DNA of 64,000 bases from Candidatus Moranbacteria bacterium GW2011_GWE2_35_2-. Its GTDB lineage: Bacteria; Patescibacteriota; Minisyncoccia; Moranbacterales; UBA9337. Below the pieces are notes generated by a model. That model was not told where the DNA came from and ran no database searches. It saw nothing but the letters and a program-made list of their open reading frames with translations. A program made the translations under genes and the position numbers. Positions 49,030 through 56,715 of the stretch are shown here, piece after piece. The stretch is taken from NCBI GenBank assembly GCA_000990585.1, contig LBQD01000002.1, positions 250,408 through 314,407 of the forward strand, in the 5' to 3' direction. Positions within the stretch are counted from its first letter, which is position 1, and each line of letters opens with the position of its first letter.

Positions 49030-49422
49030 ATGAAAAATATGAAAAAAAGAATACTTTATTTATTTTTAATAATAATATTAATTGTCGGTTTTTCTTTGTG
49101 GTCGGGTAGACATCACGGATTATTAAGTATTAATGGATTTGTAATGACGGCTTGGGCGGATGATGATGAAGATGATGATGAAAAAGATGATGATGAAGAT
49201 GATGAAGATGATGAAGATGATGAATATCGCTCAACTTCAACTTCATCCAGTAGTAGTTCTGGAAATACATCCGTAAAAACAAATGTGGATACACAAATAA
49301 CTGTCTTTAAGGATAGTGACGGCGATGGATTGTTGAATAAAGATGATCCGCATCCGGATATGGCGGAAATATATATTGTCAAAGATGACAATCGAAATGG
49401 GATTGTGGATTCTTTTGAGTAG
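49030..49422 (+). CDS. Secreted acidic protein with poly-Asp/Glu and poly-Ser tracts and a DxDGDG calcium-binding-like motif
   Basis: Signal anchor, DDDEDDDEKDDDEDDEDDEDDE, SSSSSS, and DSDGDGLLNKDD. Confidence 0.45.
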   Translation: MKNMKKRILYLFLIIILIVGFSLWSGRHHGLLSINGFVMTAWADDDEDDDEKDDDEDDEDDEDDEYRSTSTSSSSSSGNTSVKTNVDTQITVFKDSDGDGLLNKDDPHPDMAEIYIVKDDNRNGIVDSFE

Positions 49423-49463
49423 TTTTTAATTTTCGGACAATCGCACTAAAATATTTTTGTTGT

Positions 49464-50420
49464 GTGGTTGTCCCTCGCGGTGATTTTATGGGAGAAAAAG
49501 ATATTTTGAAAAAAAAATTTGGGGTGCTGGGGACTGAGATTGAGATTCAAGTTGTTATTGATGAAAATGAAAGGGGCGGGGCGTGGAATAATCTGTTGGA
49601 AGCAAAAGATATTTATCAAAGTAAAGAAAAAGTACTGAGTAGATTTGATAGTAAAAGCGAACTCTCAAAATTAAATGCAAATTTGGGGAAATTTTTTAAG
49701 GTCTCGGATGATATTTTGTATTTGTCAAAAAAAGCATTGGAGTATTATAATATCAGCGATGGAATATTTGATCCGAGAATTTTGGATGCTTTGGAAAAAA
49801 TCGGATATGATCGGGATTTTAAAAACATACAATCCGGAGGGAGCGACGGAAATATTTCCGATTTGAATGGAGACTTGGCTGATGATTTGATTGTTGATGG
49901 CCGCAATATTAAATTTGAAAAAAAGATGGATTTTGCCGGAATTGCCAAGGGATATATTACGGATGAAGTGGCGAAATTTTTAAAAGAGAAAGGTTGGAAA
50001 AATTTTTTAGTTGATTCGGGCGGGGATATGTATGCGAGTGGAACTAATATTAATGGAAGGAAATGGGCATTGAATGTCGAGGGAATCGATGAGAATAATT
50101 TGTTGATTCGAATTTCCGATCAGGGAATTGCTACTTCGGGAATAACGCGGCGCAAATGGAAAACAGGAGAAAAAAGAGTTCATCATTTGATCAATCCAAA
50201 GAAACCGAATGATTTTTATTTTGATTTAAAAACGGTCACGGCAATTTGCGAGAACGCGGAAATGGCGGATTTTTGGGCGAAAGTTTTATTTTTGGGCGGC
50301 ATTAAAAAGGGTTTGCTTTTGGCGGAGGAAAAGGGAATCGAGGCGATTTTTTTGGATTATAATGGAAATTTTCACATAACTAGCGGTGCGAGAAAATTTT
50401 ATTCCGGAAAGAAAAAATAG
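49464..50420 (+). CDS. apbE: FAD:protein FMN transferase (ApbE family)
   Basis: Motifs GIAKGY, VDSGGDMYASG and HHLINPK characteristic of ApbE. The track start is a GTG; the ATG at 49488 is an alternative. Confidence 0.75.
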   Translation: MVVPRGDFMGEKDILKKKFGVLGTEIEIQVVIDENERGGAWNNLLEAKDIYQSKEKVLSRFDSKSELSKLNANLGKFFKVSDDILYLSKKALEYYNISDGIFDPRILDALEKIGYDRDFKNIQSGGSDGNISDLNGDLADDLIVDGRNIKFEKKMDFAGIAKGYITDEVAKFLKEKGWKNFLVDSGGDMYASGTNINGRKWALNVEGIDENNLLIRISDQGIATSGITRRKWKTGEKRVHHLINPKKPNDFYFDLKTVTAICENAEMADFWAKVLFLGGIKKGLLLAEEKGIEAIFLDYNGNFHITSGARKFYSGKKK

Positions 50421-50428
50421 GGATCAGT

Positions 50429-51400
50429 TTGGATAAAAATAATTATTATATTTTTGTCCTTGTATATTTTGTGATTTTAAAGAAAACAAATAACATGAAA
50501 ATGAATATTAAAAACAGGAAGGCGGTCTTAATTTTTAGTGCGTTGCTGATATTGATATTCAGTGCTTTTTCCTATGCGCAAGAGAATGATAAAAATGAGA
50601 ATGAAAAAACGAAAGAGCTTGATTATGGAAATAATTTGATAATCGACAGTGATTTGGACGGACTTACGGATTTGGGAGAAGAGCAGATTTTCGGAACGGA
50701 TAAGCTGAATCCGGATACTGACGGAGATGGAATTTTTGACGGAGTGGAGGTTGTTAATCATAGCGACCCACTTGATGCAATTTCTCCAATGGCAACGGAA
50801 ATTATTACCAATAACGCCAAGGTGGTTGATCGGGAAGTTCCTTGGGCTTGGTATGTGGTGCGCGCCAGCGGATTTGTGTCTTTTATTCTTCTTTGGTGGG
50901 TGATGTTTACGGGATTGGCGATTCGCATTCCGATTTTGAAAAAAATAATCGAGCCGGAATATTCAATGAGTATGCATCGTTGGATTTCGATGCAGGCGAT
51001 TCTTTTTACGTTGATTCATGGAACGGGACTTTTGTTTGATAAGTTTATGAATTTTTCTATTGCTGCAGTTTTTATTCCTTTTGTTTCCGATTTCAAACCA
51101 GAGTTGGTGACGTTGGGAATTTTCGGATTTTATTTGATGATAATTTTAACGCTCACTTCATATTTTCGAAGGTATATTTCTTTCGGGGTTTGGAGGTTTG
51201 TTCATTATTTTAATATTATTTTGTATGCGATCGTGGTGGCGCATGCACTTTTTCTTGGGACGGATATGCAAAATGAAATTGTGAGAAATATTTTCTTAGC
51301 AGTGAACGGTGTTTTGGCGGTTTTAATTGTGATAAATATTATTGTGAAAATTAAAAATGCGCATTTACATAAAAGTCATTCCGAGGTCGTCGATGAATAA
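50429..51400 (+). CDS. Ferric-reductase-like transmembrane heme-binding protein (MsrQ/YedZ-like) with N-terminal thrombospondin-type-3-like Ca-binding repeats
   Basis: Signal peptide. DSDLDGLTD..DTDGDGIFDG repeats. Six TM helices with paired His (HRW.., HG.., HAL..) typical of the ferric reductase TM domain. Confidence 0.5.
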   Translation: MDKNNYYIFVLVYFVILKKTNNMKMNIKNRKAVLIFSALLILIFSAFSYAQENDKNENEKTKELDYGNNLIIDSDLDGLTDLGEEQIFGTDKLNPDTDGDGIFDGVEVVNHSDPLDAISPMATEIITNNAKVVDREVPWAWYVVRASGFVSFILLWWVMFTGLAIRIPILKKIIEPEYSMSMHRWISMQAILFTLIHGTGLLFDKFMNFSIAAVFIPFVSDFKPELVTLGIFGFYLMIILTLTSYFRRYISFGVWRFVHYFNIILYAIVVAHALFLGTDMQNEIVRNIFLAVNGVLAVLIVINIIVKIKNAHLHKSHSEVVDE

Positions 51401-51575
51401 GGTTGAAAAGATTTCCGAAGGGGAGTACAAAGTGAAACTTACCGCTCCGCCGGTTGACGGCAAGGCTAATGATATGTTAATAAAGATATTAGCGGAATAT
51501 TTTGATGTTCCCAAAAGTTCTTTGAATATCGTCGGAGGCAAATCCGCCAGGACGAAAATGGTGGATATTGGGTGA
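51357..51575 (+). CDS. DUF167 (YggU-like) family protein
   Basis: 72 aa with APPVDGKANDMLIKILAEYF..IVGGKSARTKMVDI matching the YggU/DUF167 pattern. Overlaps the previous gene's 3' end. Confidence 0.5.
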   Translation: MRIYIKVIPRSSMNKVEKISEGEYKVKLTAPPVDGKANDMLIKILAEYFDVPKSSLNIVGGKSARTKMVDIG

Positions 51576-51585
51576 TTCCTTACTC

Positions 51586-51613
51586 TTTACAAGAATAGTG
51601 TCGGTGCTATAAT
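51586..51613 (+). promoter_or_regulatory. Candidate sigma70 promoter TTTACA-16-TATAAT
   Basis: Seen directly in the intergenic region after the DUF167 gene. Confidence 0.4.
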
Positions 51614-51619
51614 TTAAAT

Positions 51620-51743
51620 ATGAAAAACAGTTTTCCATTAAACAACAATCAACAGCAAAATAACTGGCCTTTCCGGCAGCTTGTTTTCTGATTATTTTTT
51701 CAAAGAAATAAAATGGAAAACCGGCTGCAGGGTCGGTTTTTTT
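51620..51743 (+). ncRNA. Candidate ~125-nt small RNA (promoter to intrinsic terminator AAAACCG-gctgcagggt-CGGTTTTTTT) with no substantial ORF
   Basis: A promoter and terminator bracket a region with only a 15-codon ORF. An alternative internal pairing CCGGCAGC...GCTGCAGG is possible. Confidence 0.3.
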
Positions 51744-51775
51744 GTTGTTAAACCAAAGAATGACGGAGGTGGGGT

Positions 51776-51946
51776 ATGTGCGAGATGCCGAATGGAAGAA
51801 ATCTTATTATAGTAGATGGAGAGATTTGTGCAGTTAATCCGGGACCAAATTTGGTTCCGGCGACTGCCGAGGAGATCAGGGAGTTTGATCAAAGGAGGGG
51901 ATTTATCCCTCCCAAAGAATTAGTGGATAACGAGATTCCGGTGTGA
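51776..51946 (+). CDS. Candidate 56-aa small protein (MCEMPNGRNLIIVDGEICAVNPGP..)
   Basis: Good SD GGAGGTG 8 nt upstream. Followed by a hairpin plus T-run at about 51965-52010. Confidence 0.3.
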   Translation: MCEMPNGRNLIIVDGEICAVNPGPNLVPATAEEIREFDQRRGFIPPKELVDNEIPV

Positions 51947-52016
51947 AAATTCACAGCAGGTTTCTCGAAAGCCGATTCGGGGCAAATGCTTCAGTCGGTT
52001 TTTTTATTTTTTTTAA

Positions 52017-52056
52017 AACTTGTCAAATGGTCGCATATGCGATTGGTTGACAAGTT
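52017..52056. promoter_or_regulatory. Nested palindrome AACTTGTCAA-atgg-TCGCATATGCGA-ttgg-TTGACAAGTT upstream of comEC
   Basis: A 10-bp outer inverted repeat plus a perfect 12-bp inner palindrome, about 140 bp upstream of comEC. Confidence 0.45.
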
Positions 52057-52197
52057 ATTGATTATTGTGGATTTTTTAAAGACAAAAGTTATAATTAATG
52101 TATATGGATTAAGTCTCTAATAATCTAAGAGTCTGGTTAGGGATGGTTAATATGTAATTTATAATTAATTAGAGCCTTGGTTGTTGATGTATAATTT

Positions 52198-53661
52198 ATG
52201 ACTAAATCGAAAATATTTTTGATTTTATTTTTGAGTTTTTTGATAGGGATTTTTTCGGCTTCTTTTTGGGATGTCGGATTTTTGAATTATTTTCTTGCTT
52301 TGGCAGCGGTGATGGTTTTTGTTTTGGGATATCGGAATAGAATCGGGGTGGTGATTTTTTTTGCGATCCTGTTTTTTTCTTTCGGAATTTGGAAAGTGCA
52401 AAGCGCGCTGGAAAATGTGGCGCGTTTTCAATCGCAAGATGGAATAGAATTTTCCGGAATAGCGACGGTAGTTCGTGAGCCGGAAGAGAAAGAATTTTAT
52501 CAGGAAATCATTGTCAGACCGGAAGACGGAAAATATAAAATTTTGGTGCAAGGGGAAAAATATGCGAGTTGGGAATATGGCGAAGAGATGAATCTGAAAT
52601 GCATCTTGAAAAAACCGGAAAATTTTTCTCCGGATTTTGATTATCGGATGTATCTTGCCAAAGATAAAATATTTTATATTTGCAAAAAACCTCAAGTGAT
52701 GAAAAGTATGGAAGAAAATTCCGGTAATATTATTTTTGTCGGAATATTGAAGCTTAAGAATTTGATGGAGAAAAATGTAAATCGGGTTATTCCTGCTCCA
52801 GAGGCGGCTTTGGCAGATGGACTTTTATTTGGGGGGAATAATCGTCTGTCGAAAGAGTGGCAGGAAAAATTTTCCCGTACCGGCACTAGTCATATTGTGG
52901 CAGTGTCGGGATACAATGTGACGATTATTGCGGAATATTTGATTTGGCTTGGAATACTGCTTGGATTATGGCGACCAAGAGCTTTTTGGTTTGCCTTGGT
53001 CGGAATATTTTTATTTGTGGCAATGATTGGCTTTCCGTCTTCGGCGGTGCGTGCCGGAGTGATGGGTTCACTACTTCTTTGGGCGGTTAAAAATGGAAGG
53101 TTGGCGAATTCGTATAATGCGATTATTTTTTCTGCAGTGGTTATGCTTTTTCTCAATCCGTTTTTGCTTCGTTATGATATTGGATTCCAGCTTTCTTTTT
53201 TGGCGGCGTTGGGAATTATTGCGGCGGCTCCTTTTTGGGAAAAATATTTTGACAAAAAATTTGATGCGCTGGGAATTTTAGAAACGATATTGCTCACGCT
53301 GAGCGCGCAAATTTTTGTTTTGCCGATAATATTGTATAATTTTCATATGATGTCGTGGCTTTCCGTGGTTGTCAATGCTTTGATTCTTCCGATTGTGCCA
53401 CTCACAATGCTTTTGGTTTTTCTGTCTTCTGTTTTGGGTTTCGTGTTCTTTCCGCTTTCAGTGGCGTTGGGTTGGGCGGGATATGTTTTGCTTAGGTATG
53501 AAACCGAGGTGATTGATTTTTTCTCTAAAATAAATCAAGCAAGTTGGCAGACGGAAAAGTTCGGATGGAAGATGGTCGCGGGGTACTATTTTTTTCTGGG
53601 CGGGATTTTTTGGATTTGGAAAAGATATAAAAATAAATCGGGGAAATTATATGAAAAATAA
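52198..53661 (+). CDS. comEC: ComEC/Rec2 competence channel protein (N-terminal DUF4131 plus competence domain), lacking the metallo-beta-lactamase domain
   Basis: Polytopic membrane protein. Conserved competence-domain blocks (SGYNV.., LLFLS.., PLS..). Confidence 0.75.
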   Translation: MTKSKIFLILFLSFLIGIFSASFWDVGFLNYFLALAAVMVFVLGYRNRIGVVIFFAILFFSFGIWKVQSALENVARFQSQDGIEFSGIATVVREPEEKEFYQEIIVRPEDGKYKILVQGEKYASWEYGEEMNLKCILKKPENFSPDFDYRMYLAKDKIFYICKKPQVMKSMEENSGNIIFVGILKLKNLMEKNVNRVIPAPEAALADGLLFGGNNRLSKEWQEKFSRTGTSHIVAVSGYNVTIIAEYLIWLGILLGLWRPRAFWFALVGIFLFVAMIGFPSSAVRAGVMGSLLLWAVKNGRLANSYNAIIFSAVVMLFLNPFLLRYDIGFQLSFLAALGIIAAAPFWEKYFDKKFDALGILETILLTLSAQIFVLPIILYNFHMMSWLSVVVNALILPIVPLTMLLVFLSSVLGFVFFPLSVALGWAGYVLLRYETEVIDFFSKINQASWQTEKFGWKMVAGYYFFLGGIFWIWKRYKNKSGKLYEK

Positions 53662-54511
53662 AAAAGTTATATATTTTTTTGTCGGATTGGGACTGACTTT
53701 ATCCTTGCTTCTGGCGTCGATAATATTTTATTTGCAAAAATCAAATGAATTAAAAGTGGTTTTCCTCAATGTCGGTCAAGGGGATGCGATTTTGATTTCT
53801 CAGGGAAGTAGCCAAGTTTTGGTTGATAGCGGAAAAAGCGGAAAAATTGTTTTGGAAAAGCTGGGAAAATATATTCCTTTTTGGGATCGGCAAATTGAAG
53901 GGATTGTGATTACGCATCCGGATTATGATCATATCGCCGGCTTTGTGGATGTTTTGAAAAATTATGAAGTAAAAACGATCGTCAGAACGGGAGCAAAAAG
54001 TAATTCAAAGACTTTTGAGGCGCTCTCTGAAAAAATTTCCAAGGAAAATGCTCAAAACGTGGAAGCGCGAAGTGGAGTGAAAATGAAATTTTCTCGCGGA
54101 GCGCAGTTGGAGGTAAAATACCCAATTTTTTCCAAGGATATTTTTTCCAAAAATACCAATGATGAAAGTGTCGTGGTTGGGGTTGATTTTGGAGAGAGTA
54201 GTTTTCTTTTGACGGGGGATCTTCCGATGGAAAAAGAGAGCGAGTTGATTTCCGCCACCAAAAATATTAGCGCGAAAGTTTTGAAGGTGGCGCATCATGG
54301 ATCTAAATATTCAACTGGCGATGAATTTCTGAAAATGGTCAATCCGTCGGAAGCGATTATTTCGGTGGGAAAAAACAACTATGGACATCCGACGCCCGAG
54401 GTGGTAGAAAGAATGGAGAGGCATGGAATAAAAATAATGCGAACGGATCAAGTAGGGGATATCGCGTATCGATGCAATGAGAAAAGTTGTGTTTTTAGTT
54501 CAGAGAGGTAA
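53651..54511 (+). CDS. ComEC-type metallo-beta-lactamase-fold domain protein, encoded separately with its own TM anchor
   Basis: MBL motifs LNVGQGDAILI, THPDYDHIAG and VAHHGS. Overlaps the comEC N-part by 11 nt. Confidence 0.75.
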   Translation: MKNKKVIYFFVGLGLTLSLLLASIIFYLQKSNELKVVFLNVGQGDAILISQGSSQVLVDSGKSGKIVLEKLGKYIPFWDRQIEGIVITHPDYDHIAGFVDVLKNYEVKTIVRTGAKSNSKTFEALSEKISKENAQNVEARSGVKMKFSRGAQLEVKYPIFSKDIFSKNTNDESVVVGVDFGESSFLLTGDLPMEKESELISATKNISAKVLKVAHHGSKYSTGDEFLKMVNPSEAIISVGKNNYGHPTPEVVERMERHGIKIMRTDQVGDIAYRCNEKSCVFSSER

Positions 54512-55127
54512 TTTTTTTATGAAAATATTTCAAAAATTGAAAATAAAATGGGATCGAAAATTGTTGCGCTATTTTTTTGTGTTGGCGGCGGTTTTTGGTT
54601 TTTCAATTTGGCAGGGGTATTATTCCGCCAAGCAAAATACGGAAGAAGCGAATTTGATTGGCAAAGAACTTTCTTCCCAATTGGAATTTTTGAAAAACAC
54701 AAATTCATTCGCGCTTTTTCTGATTATTTTTTTGAATAATTATGTGAAATCTTTGGCTGTCCTTTTGATGGGATCTTTTTTCGGGGTCGTTCCTTTTTTG
54801 ATGATTTGGTTTAATGGATCGATTTTGGGAATATTGGTTTTTGTTTCAATGGCGGGGTTGGGCGGAGTTGCCAGTCTGAGCGGAGCGGAAATTTTTTGGT
54901 CGCTTTTTCCGCATGGAGTTTTCGAGGTTCCAGCGTTTTTGCTTGCTGGAGCGTGCGGAGTTTGGCTTGGGGAAAAGTTTTGGCGCAAGATTAGGCACAA
55001 AGAAGTATTTAAACCGAAGTTGAATTATTGTTTGGATATTTTTATAAAAATAGTGACCCCACTACTTTTCTTGGCGGCACTTATTGAGGTTTTTGCGACG
55101 CCGGTAATTGCATTTTTGCTTGGGTAG
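54477..55127 (+). CDS. SpoIIM/DUF95-family membrane protein
   Basis: Motif FPHGVFEVPAFLLAG (the HG.xExPA signature of DUF95/SpoIIM). The likely start is an internal ATG (MKIFQKL, about 54519). Confidence 0.5.
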   Translation: MRKVVFLVQRGNFFMKIFQKLKIKWDRKLLRYFFVLAAVFGFSIWQGYYSAKQNTEEANLIGKELSSQLEFLKNTNSFALFLIIFLNNYVKSLAVLLMGSFFGVVPFLMIWFNGSILGILVFVSMAGLGGVASLSGAEIFWSLFPHGVFEVPAFLLAGACGVWLGEKFWRKIRHKEVFKPKLNYCLDIFIKIVTPLLFLAALIEVFATPVIAFLLG

Positions 55128-55192
55128 TTGATTTTATTTCCTTAGTTTGATATGGTGATTATATTAAAAAATTTAAAAAATATTAAAAACAT

Positions 55193-55807
55193 ATGGAAAA
55201 ACATCCAAAAAATGAGAGAACATTGGTTATTATCAAGCCGGACGGAATTCAAAGAAGCTTGGTGGGGGAAATAATCAAGCGTTATGAGAGAGTTGGTTTG
55301 AAATTGGTTGCAATGAAAATGATGATTCCGACCGAGGATATGGCAGTGAAGCATTATTATGACGTGGGCGGAGATGCGTGGCTTGAGGAAGTTGGGAGAA
55401 AGGCGAGAGCGGCGTATGAGAAAAAAGGAATGACTAGTCCATATGCCACTAATATGGAAAATGGAAAAGCGGTAATGATGAGCAATGCCAAATATTTGAG
55501 TGCGGGTCCGGTGGTGGCGATGATTTGGCAGGGAAATCAAGCTTGCGCATTGGTGCGTAAAATTACCGGCGGAACGGAACCATTGACGGCGGATTTGGGA
55601 TCGATTCGTAGTGATTTTACTTTGGACACATTTGCTTTGGCGGATACAGATCAAAGAAGCGTACGCAATCTTTTGCATGCATCCGGAAATCCTGAGGAGG
55701 CGGAAAAAGAAATTCCGATTTGGTTTGCGGAAAATGAAATTCTCAAATATAAGCACATCCAAGAAGCGATTTTGTATGATGTGAATCTGGACGGAATACT
55801 TGAGTAG
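55193..55807 (+). CDS. ndk: Nucleoside diphosphate kinase (with a ~50-aa insertion)
   Basis: Motifs ERTLVIIKPDG and NLLHASGNPEEAEKEI (the active-site His region). Confidence 0.8.
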   Translation: MEKHPKNERTLVIIKPDGIQRSLVGEIIKRYERVGLKLVAMKMMIPTEDMAVKHYYDVGGDAWLEEVGRKARAAYEKKGMTSPYATNMENGKAVMMSNAKYLSAGPVVAMIWQGNQACALVRKITGGTEPLTADLGSIRSDFTLDTFALADTDQRSVRNLLHASGNPEEAEKEIPIWFAENEILKYKHIQEAILYDVNLDGILE

Positions 55808-55843
55808 GAATTAGGAGTCGGATTATTTTTTTGGGAATGTGAG

Positions 55844-55871
55844 AACCGGCTGGAATATGCCGGTTTTTTTG
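55844..55871 (+). terminator. Rho-independent terminator after ndk
   Basis: AACCGGC-tggaatat-GCCGGTT followed by TTTTTTT. Confidence 0.7.
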
Positions 55872-55899
55872 TATAAGGTATTTACTTTTAAAAAAATAA

Positions 55900-55939
55900 A
55901 ATTTACCATTTAGAAACGGTCGTTTCTAAATGGTAAATT
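55900..55939. repeat. 40-bp near-perfect palindrome AATTTACCATTTAGAAACG-gt-CGTTTCTAAATGGTAAATT
   Basis: 19-bp perfect arms seen directly. No flanking U-run. Confidence 0.6.
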
Positions 55940-55983
55940 GATGGATAGGGAAGGAGGGAATTGGAACAAAGATTTGATTGTGG

Positions 55984-56012
55984 ATAAGTTGGTTTGACAA
56001 TATTTTTTTGTT
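55984..56012 (+). promoter_or_regulatory. Consensus sigma70 promoter TTGACA-17-TAGAAT positioned for a leaderless transcript
   Basis: The -10 ends 6 nt before the ATG at 56019, so the predicted TSS is at about the A of the ATG. Confidence 0.5.
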
Positions 56013-56018
56013 TTACTA

Positions 56019-56108
56019 GAATATGAGTATGAATAATTTATCAGCTAAAATGTTGCTAGCCTATTTGCTAGTCCTCATTCTTGAGGGACATTTTTTGCCG
56101 GTTAAATT
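56019..56108 (+). CDS. Candidate leaderless 29-aa hydrophobic peptide (MNNLSAKMLLAYLLVLILEGHFLPVKLNS); possible type I toxin-like or membrane micro-protein
   Basis: Promoter immediately upstream, terminator 45 nt downstream, a single predicted TM helix. Confidence 0.3.
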
Positions 56109-56152
56109 GAATTCATAATTTTAAGAGTAGTAGCATAGAAAAGAAATTCAAC

Positions 56153-56176
56153 CCGGCAAAAAAGCCGGATTTTTTG
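56153..56176 (+). terminator. Rho-independent terminator CCGGC-aaaaaa-GCCGG plus ATTTTTT (nested in the outer IR AAATTCAAC/GTTGAATTT)
   Basis: Seen directly. Confidence 0.6.
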
Positions 56177-56210
56177 TTGAATTTAAATGTAGCTCTTTAA
56201 CAATCTGTAT

Positions 56211-56247
56211 ACTACAAAATCTTGCGATCGTGAGTGTTTTGTAGTAA
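56211..56247 (+). promoter_or_regulatory. Inverted repeat TACTACAAAA-N17-TTTTGTAGTA upstream of the 63-aa ORF
   Basis: 10-bp perfect arms. The loop contains CGATCG. Confidence 0.35.
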
Positions 56248-56288
56248 ATGGGTTTGGCGAAAAAAATAAAAAAGAGAAGGAGGAAAGT

Positions 56289-56480
56289 ATGGGACCCGTT
56301 TGTTCTAATGGAATAGTTGAGAGTAATCAAAAGATTGTTGCGGCTGGTAATGAATTAGATTCGATACAGCGCCAGATTGACGCAGCTAAGAGGGCTGACG
56401 ATACTGCTCGGGTTGCTGAATTAAGTCGCCAGCTCGAGGGGAAAAAGAATGTTGTTAGAGGCGATAGGCCATATTTTTAA
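56289..56480 (+). CDS. Small helical protein (63 aa) with a strong SD
   Basis: AAGGAGGAAAGT precedes the ATG. Charged, coiled-coil-like sequence (QRQIDAAKRADDTARVAELSRQLEGKK). Confidence 0.4.
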   Translation: MGPVCSNGIVESNQKIVAAGNELDSIQRQIDAAKRADDTARVAELSRQLEGKKNVVRGDRPYF

Positions 56481-56495
56481 TGAGGAGGAATTTTT

Positions 56496-56642
56496 ATGAC
56501 AGATAGCAAATGTTTGTATGAAAACGGTTGTCAGAGCTGTATTGCTATGTGCGCTGTTGGAAAATGTCCGCGAATGCAGGGAGTGGATGTTTTTTCTGCC
56601 TTTGGCAAGAAAAAGGCGTGTATTAAGCTTGCTGGAAAATAA
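56496..56642 (+). CDS. Cys-rich 48-aa peptide (MTDSKCLYENGCQSCIAMCAVGKCPRMQG..) with a strong SD
   Basis: TGAGGAGG 8 nt upstream. Cys in CxxC-like spacing. Followed by a hairpin plus U-run (about 56668-56712). Confidence 0.4.
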   Translation: MTDSKCLYENGCQSCIAMCAVGKCPRMQGVDVFSAFGKKKACIKLAGK

Positions 56643-56715
56643 TATTTTTTTCCATATTATATAAAGGGTTCGGTCGAAAATTTGACCGTTCCCTTTTCTT
56701 TTTTTGTGAATCTTT

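Noticed and set aside
49113-49391. Minus-strand poly-Ser ORF
   Set aside because: It is the antisense of the poly-Asp/Glu (GAT/GAA repeat) tract of the 49030 gene.
56148-56330. 60-aa minus-strand ORF
   Set aside because: It overlaps the plus-strand terminator and inverted repeats and has no RBS. Likely spurious.
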